From positions 36,840 to 100,839 of IMG/VR virus record IMGVR_UViG_3300042731_008016: 64,000 nt of DNA, one strand, 5' to 3'. The first letter of the stretch is position 1; the number at the start of each line of letters is the position of its first letter. The stretch is from a virus. The notes beneath the pieces were generated by a model. It had not been told where the DNA came from, did no database searches, and saw nothing but the letters and a program-made list of their open reading frames with translations. Both the position numbers and the translations under genes were made by a program. Positions 60,020 to 64,000 of this stretch are shown one piece after another.

Positions 60020-61115
60020 ATTAAATTTGCTATTCATACCAAGAGACAATAAAGGTTGCGGTTTTTATCGCATGATGGTACCTGCCAATGAGATTAAAAG
60101 GCAAGATCTTGCTAACGTAGTAGTAAACTTTGGTTGGGATTGGAAGTTAGTTGAATGGGCGCACGTAGTCATTGTTCAAAGAATGACTGACGTTCAGGCT
60201 TACGAGGCCATTGACCAGGCACATTCTATTGGAAAAAAAATTATTTTTGAGATCGATGATTATGTAAATGCTATTTCTCCTCAGAATCCTTCATTTGATT
60301 TCTGGAGTCCATTTGGACCAAACTACGGACGTTGCTTAAAAATCATGAAAAAGTGTGATGCAGTTCAAGTAACTACAGATAGACTTAGAAATGAATATGC
60401 CTTGTGGAATCCTAGAATTGAAGCTCTTCCAAACTGTTTAGATAAGACTCTTTGGGACGTTCCAGCTTGGACAGCTACTCATTGGGATAACTACTATAAG
60501 AAGAAAAATGATGGTATTATAAGAATAGGGTGGGCTGGTGCAGCAAGTCATTATCAAGACTTAAAATTAGTCGAAGAGGTAATTACTAAACTGTGTCAGA
60601 AATACTATAATGTGCACTTTGTCATGATGGGGTACCACGGAGAATCTAAAACTGGACCTGATCTATTCAAAAACATTCCTAATGCTACAGCTGTGTGTCC
60701 ACACTGTAAACATGGGGGTCAACTTGAAAAGGTGCCTGGAATTGATTTATTATATTACCCAAGTAAGCTTAAAGAGGCAGCATTCGATATTGGAATCGCA
60801 CCTTTAATAGAGACTGGATTTAACCAGGGTAAAAGTGATATAAAGATAAGAGAGTATTCAGCGCTGAGTATTCCTGTTGTAGCCACCAGGATGAAGCCAT
60901 ATAGTGAAAGTGTGAAGGAAGGATACACAGGGTTCTTAGCATCTACAGGGAAGGAATGGTATGATGCTTTGGAACTCTTAATCAAGGATGAAGAGTTAAG
61001 GAAAAGACTCGGACGTAACAACTATCGTTGGTACAAAGAAAATACCATCGATAAACATATCCATAAATGGATCTCCTTCTACAATCGAGTCGTAAGTTTC
61101 AAGTTTAAATGGTAA
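59979..61115 (+). CDS. GT-B glycosyltransferase
   Basis: CGFYR; EIDD; IGWAGAASH; DIGIAPL....FN.GKSDIK. Confidence 0.85.
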   Translation: MPVAQAGDVQKPNRLNLLFIPRDNKGCGFYRMMVPANEIKRQDLANVVVNFGWDWKLVEWAHVVIVQRMTDVQAYEAIDQAHSIGKKIIFEIDDYVNAISPQNPSFDFWSPFGPNYGRCLKIMKKCDAVQVTTDRLRNEYALWNPRIEALPNCLDKTLWDVPAWTATHWDNYYKKKNDGIIRIGWAGAASHYQDLKLVEEVITKLCQKYYNVHFVMMGYHGESKTGPDLFKNIPNATAVCPHCKHGGQLEKVPGIDLLYYPSKLKEAAFDIGIAPLIETGFNQGKSDIKIREYSALSIPVVATRMKPYSESVKEGYTGFLASTGKEWYDALELLIKDEELRKRLGRNNYRWYKENTIDKHIHKWISFYNRVVSFKFKW

Positions 61116-61163
61116 ACTATAGTTAGTTTGCCTAATTATTATTAAAAAGGAGGAACACTTAAT

Positions 61164-61670
61164 ATGGCTGCAACATTTCAATGGTGGGGCGAATACGGTT
61201 CAACTGGTTCCCCAACTACTAGCGACTTAGGTGTTTCTGGAAACCTTTTTAACTTTAAGACATATAATGACTTGTCAAGTCCTTCGGATTACACATCGTA
61301 TCCGATCACAGCTGGCAACAACTCTTATGATGTTTGGTTGAAAGGTCATTTTACAGGAACATTTAATAAAGTTCAGAACGGTAAGTTCTGGAAATCTAGT
61401 GGTGCCTTGGGAACTGGAGAAGCAATCCAATTTGTTGGACATATAACTGCTTATCACCAACCAACAACAGGTGATAGCTCTTATGCTTCTGCCGACGTAC
61501 CTACATCATCACCAGGCTCAGCTAATGTGTCCTTCGGTGGAGACCTCGCTGGTAACATTACTGGCGCAGGATATTCAGACTTCGTTGTACTACAGTTGCA
61601 AACAACAACTGCTGCCGAAGCTGGAGACACTGAAACATTCACATTCACATTAACATACGATGAGAATTAG
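61164..61670 (+). CDS. probable virion structural protein
   Basis: S/T/G-rich; strong AGGAGG SD; late region. Confidence 0.5.
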   Translation: MAATFQWWGEYGSTGSPTTSDLGVSGNLFNFKTYNDLSSPSDYTSYPITAGNNSYDVWLKGHFTGTFNKVQNGKFWKSSGALGTGEAIQFVGHITAYHQPTTGDSSYASADVPTSSPGSANVSFGGDLAGNITGAGYSDFVVLQLQTTTAAEAGDTETFTFTLTYDEN

Positions 61671-61709
61671 TTCTTGTTAATTTAGCAAGAATTAAATATA
61701 ATTGTATGT

Positions 61710-62186
61710 ATGAGTAGGTGGTTAAAAGACAATCCAAGCAAACATGCTAAATACATGAGAACTTGGGTAAAGTCAGAAAAAGGCATAGAGTACAAGAAGA
61801 AGCACAAAGAATATATGAAAAAATGGCGGAAAAAGAATTCTGCCAGAAGTCGCTCTTTACAAAAGAAATATTATAGAGAATTGAGATATGAAATAATATC
61901 TCATTATGGAGGAAATCCTCCTAAGTGTAAATGTTGCGGAGAATCAATATTTGAATTCCTAACGATTGACCATATTGATGGAGGAGGCAACCAACATAGA
62001 AAATCTCTTAAAGTAGGTGGTAATGGATTGTACGCTTGGATAAAGCGAAATAATTTTCCACCTATATTTCAAGTTCTTTGTGCAAATTGTAATTATGCTA
62101 AGTGGACTGATAAAGAATGTCCACATAAAACCATCAAGTTGAACCAGATGAGAACTAAAAAATTAGTAAAAGTTAAAGTTAGTTAA
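61710..62186 (+). CDS. HNH homing endonuclease (paralog of 17885)
   Basis: KCKCCGE..FLTIDHIDGGG..VLCANCN. Confidence 0.85.
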   Translation: MSRWLKDNPSKHAKYMRTWVKSEKGIEYKKKHKEYMKKWRKKNSARSRSLQKKYYRELRYEIISHYGGNPPKCKCCGESIFEFLTIDHIDGGGNQHRKSLKVGGNGLYAWIKRNNFPPIFQVLCANCNYAKWTDKECPHKTIKLNQMRTKKLVKVKVS

Positions 62187-62201
62187 AGGAGTCATAAAAA
62201 T

Positions 62202-62462
62202 ATGGCTAAATATATACCAATACATCCTAATGACAGTACATTCGCTGGGCTCATGAGAGACGCTGCGAAGGCTCTGCGTACAGGGAATAAGAAACTCCTA
62301 GAAAAGGTAAAAAAGGAGTTTGCAGAGGACCGAATCAGCCTCTTCTACAACAGCGACACTGACGTCATTAGGGTGCTTCGAAAGGATGCACCGCCCATTG
62401 ACTTTCCTGTAAGTAAATGGACTAGCCTCCCTAAAGAAGCACCTAAGAAGGCAAAAAAGTAA
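62202..62462 (+). CDS. hypothetical protein
   Basis: AAGGAG SD. Confidence 0.55.
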   Translation: MAKYIPIHPNDSTFAGLMRDAAKALRTGNKKLLEKVKKEFAEDRISLFYNSDTDVIRVLRKDAPPIDFPVSKWTSLPKEAPKKAKK

Positions 62463-62499
62463 GAGTTTAAGTATTAGTTAATAAGGCCGTTGCAATACA

Positions 62500-63072
62500 A
62501 TGCGCCGTTCGGAGGAATACAATCCTATGGCCAACAAAATAATTGGAAAACTATCAGACCCTAAAGAACGTACAGCTCGAGGAGAATTACACTTCGAGTG
62601 GATAGCAAAGTACAATGATGGTACAGAGCTAAAACAATATGACGATGAAAAGGGTCTTGTCTACCACTTTGGGCATATAGACCAAGAGAAAGTAGTCGAA
62701 TTCATTATTGAGTCAACTAAGGCAGAAAAGAAATTTTCTATCGGAGTTAATCTCAGAGATGGTTTGTTTTATATCGACAGCAAACCAGTAAAAGAGATCA
62801 GTGATGGAAAGACTCATATTCCCCTTGGTCTTTTTTTAATCGACAAAAAGGTTGTATCTTCTTGGGGAAACAAAGCTAAGTTAATCTTTGTTCGCCATAT
62901 AAGACGAGATTTTAATATGGGTACTGGTACTATGACAGCTACCGTGACCTATGAGCTCGGGTGGGAAGCCACAGTTAATGGTAAACAAAAAAAACATACT
63001 ATCATTGTAGATCAAAGAGGACATCTCGGTCTCCCCATTACTTCAGAACAAGAAGGTTTCAAAACATTGTAA
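62500..63072 (+). CDS. hypothetical protein
   Basis: ORF; likely start MANK after GGAGG. Confidence 0.55.
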   Translation: MRRSEEYNPMANKIIGKLSDPKERTARGELHFEWIAKYNDGTELKQYDDEKGLVYHFGHIDQEKVVEFIIESTKAEKKFSIGVNLRDGLFYIDSKPVKEISDGKTHIPLGLFLIDKKVVSSWGNKAKLIFVRHIRRDFNMGTGTMTATVTYELGWEATVNGKQKKHTIIVDQRGHLGLPITSEQEGFKTL

Positions 63073-63073
63073 T

Positions 63074-63100
63074 AGATAGTGCGCCAGGCGCACTATCTTT
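63074..63100 (+). terminator. palindromic hairpin, possible terminator
   Basis: AGATAGTGCGCC-A-GGCGCACTATCT-TT. Confidence 0.55.
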
Positions 63101-63119
63101 CATAAAACATAAACGGCCA

Positions 63120-63175
63120 AAAGGCTCAGTTTAAGACTACAGTTTTAGTTGTGGTTTTAAATTGAGCTTTTTTTA
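63120..63175 (+). terminator. long hairpin with U tract
   Basis: AAGGCTCAGTTTAAGACTACA / TGTGGTTTTAAATTGAGCTTT followed by a T run. Confidence 0.65.
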
Positions 63176-63204
63176 TTAATTATTAGTTTTATTAATATAA
63201 AAAG

Positions 63205-63618
63205 GTGAATATGAAAAAAAAATACAACTTTTCTAATATGAAAAGAAATTATAAAAATGTTCAACATGAGCAATTAAGACGCAAAGTTGACCCAAAATGG
63301 ACAGTTTTACATGATGAATTATCTGATTGTTATTATAATTACTGGAAAAAAGGAGAAAGCAAACCATTTCAAGGTTATGATGTTCAATCAACACCAGAAG
63401 AAAGCAAGTCACTGTTTGATAAACTTCATGGATTAATTGAAGACAAAAGAATGATTGATTTGGATGGTGAATATAGGAAGCTTTCAGAAGAAGAAAAAAC
63501 GGAAAAAATGAAAAAGTATTTTGATGCTTGTGTCGATGACGAAAAGACAGAAAAGAAAATAGATAGGGTTAAAGGTAGAGTGTCTCAACTAAATCAAGAG
63601 GGAATAAACATAACTTAA
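63205..63618 (+). CDS. hypothetical protein
   Basis: ORF with AAGGTG SD. Confidence 0.5.
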   Translation: MNMKKKYNFSNMKRNYKNVQHEQLRRKVDPKWTVLHDELSDCYYNYWKKGESKPFQGYDVQSTPEESKSLFDKLHGLIEDKRMIDLDGEYRKLSEEEKTEKMKKYFDACVDDEKTEKKIDRVKGRVSQLNQEGINIT

Positions 63619-63619
63619 T

Positions 63620-64000
63620 ATGTCAGTAACTTGGATTACTCCAGTTGATGTATCACCAGGCTCAACGGGTTCATGGGTTGATGTAGATAATGCCAATATA
63701 CCAGATGGAGCAGCTGGTGTAATTCTCCATATAGAATTTCCATCGGCAGTTACTAACGCTTGGAGTATTGGTGTGAGGAAAAATGGAAGCACAGATGAAA
63801 GATATACTGATTTAAAAAATAACGGTCATCTTTGGACGTCTATTGGTGTAGATGCAAGTGGTATATTCGAATTAAAAATAGAAAGTGATGTTTTTAATGT
63901 TTGGTTGGTTGGTTATTATAATGGAGATTCAGCTACATTTCTTACTAATGGTACTGATTATTCATTAGAGGATACTTCAACATGGACAGATATTGATATA
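63620..64000 (+). CDS. probable virion/tail protein, truncated by the window end
   Basis: MSVTWITPVDVSPGSTGSWVDVD...; open to the window edge, so absent from the ORF track. Confidence 0.55.
   Translation, partial: MSVTWITPVDVSPGSTGSWVDVDNANIPDGAAGVILHIEFPSAVTNAWSIGVRKNGSTDERYTDLKNNGHLWTSIGVDASGIFELKIESDVFNVWLVGYYNGDSATFLTNGTDYSLEDTSTWTDIDI

Noticed and set aside
727-63792. Minus-strand ORFs in the track
   Set aside because: They overlap well-supported + strand genes or RNAs and show no recognisable motifs.
1-64000. Stop-codon reassignment (code 15, 4 or 25)
   Set aside because: Conserved genes are intact and densely packed in code 11; TAA, TAG and TGA all end genes at plausible positions; no suppressor tRNA seen.

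Overview
A 64 kb segment of a large, AT-rich tailed dsDNA phage genome. Nearly all genes are on the + strand and the standard genetic code fits. Layout: early/accessory genes (1-11 kb); lambda-like replication with initiator, internal iterons, DnaC-like loader, RecA and SSB (11.5-16 kb); a tRNA/ncRNA cluster with HNH insertions (17.7-19.8 kb); terminase with two inteins and portal (21-27.3 kb); a ~23 kb glycosylation/sugar-modification cassette splitting the head module (31-54 kb); then protease/scaffold, major capsid protein and further structural genes (55-64 kb). The main finding is at 3628-5145: a stand-alone Cas7/RAMP-like gene, a partner gene, and a non-coding array closed by a perfect 16-bp inverted repeat. 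The array has six GGCA-delimited units made of 5-nt modules (constant R-N-T, variable NN). Reading the NN dinucleotides as codon positions 1-2 gives protein motifs: K-G-G-G-E-F-Y-T-P and L-G-Q-Y-F (type I R-M HsdM/N6-methyltransferase) and T-V-S-R-W-E-N (XRE HTH). This suggests a gapped, wobble-skipping RNA-guided targeting system (VIPR-like). Other notable items are a tRNA with a 103-nt structured insert, a non-canonical tRNA-Trp, a ~240-nt structured ncRNA, and homing endonuclease genes that duplicate the ends of their target genes and carry leaderless promoters. All calls come from motif recognition by eye; no searches were run.
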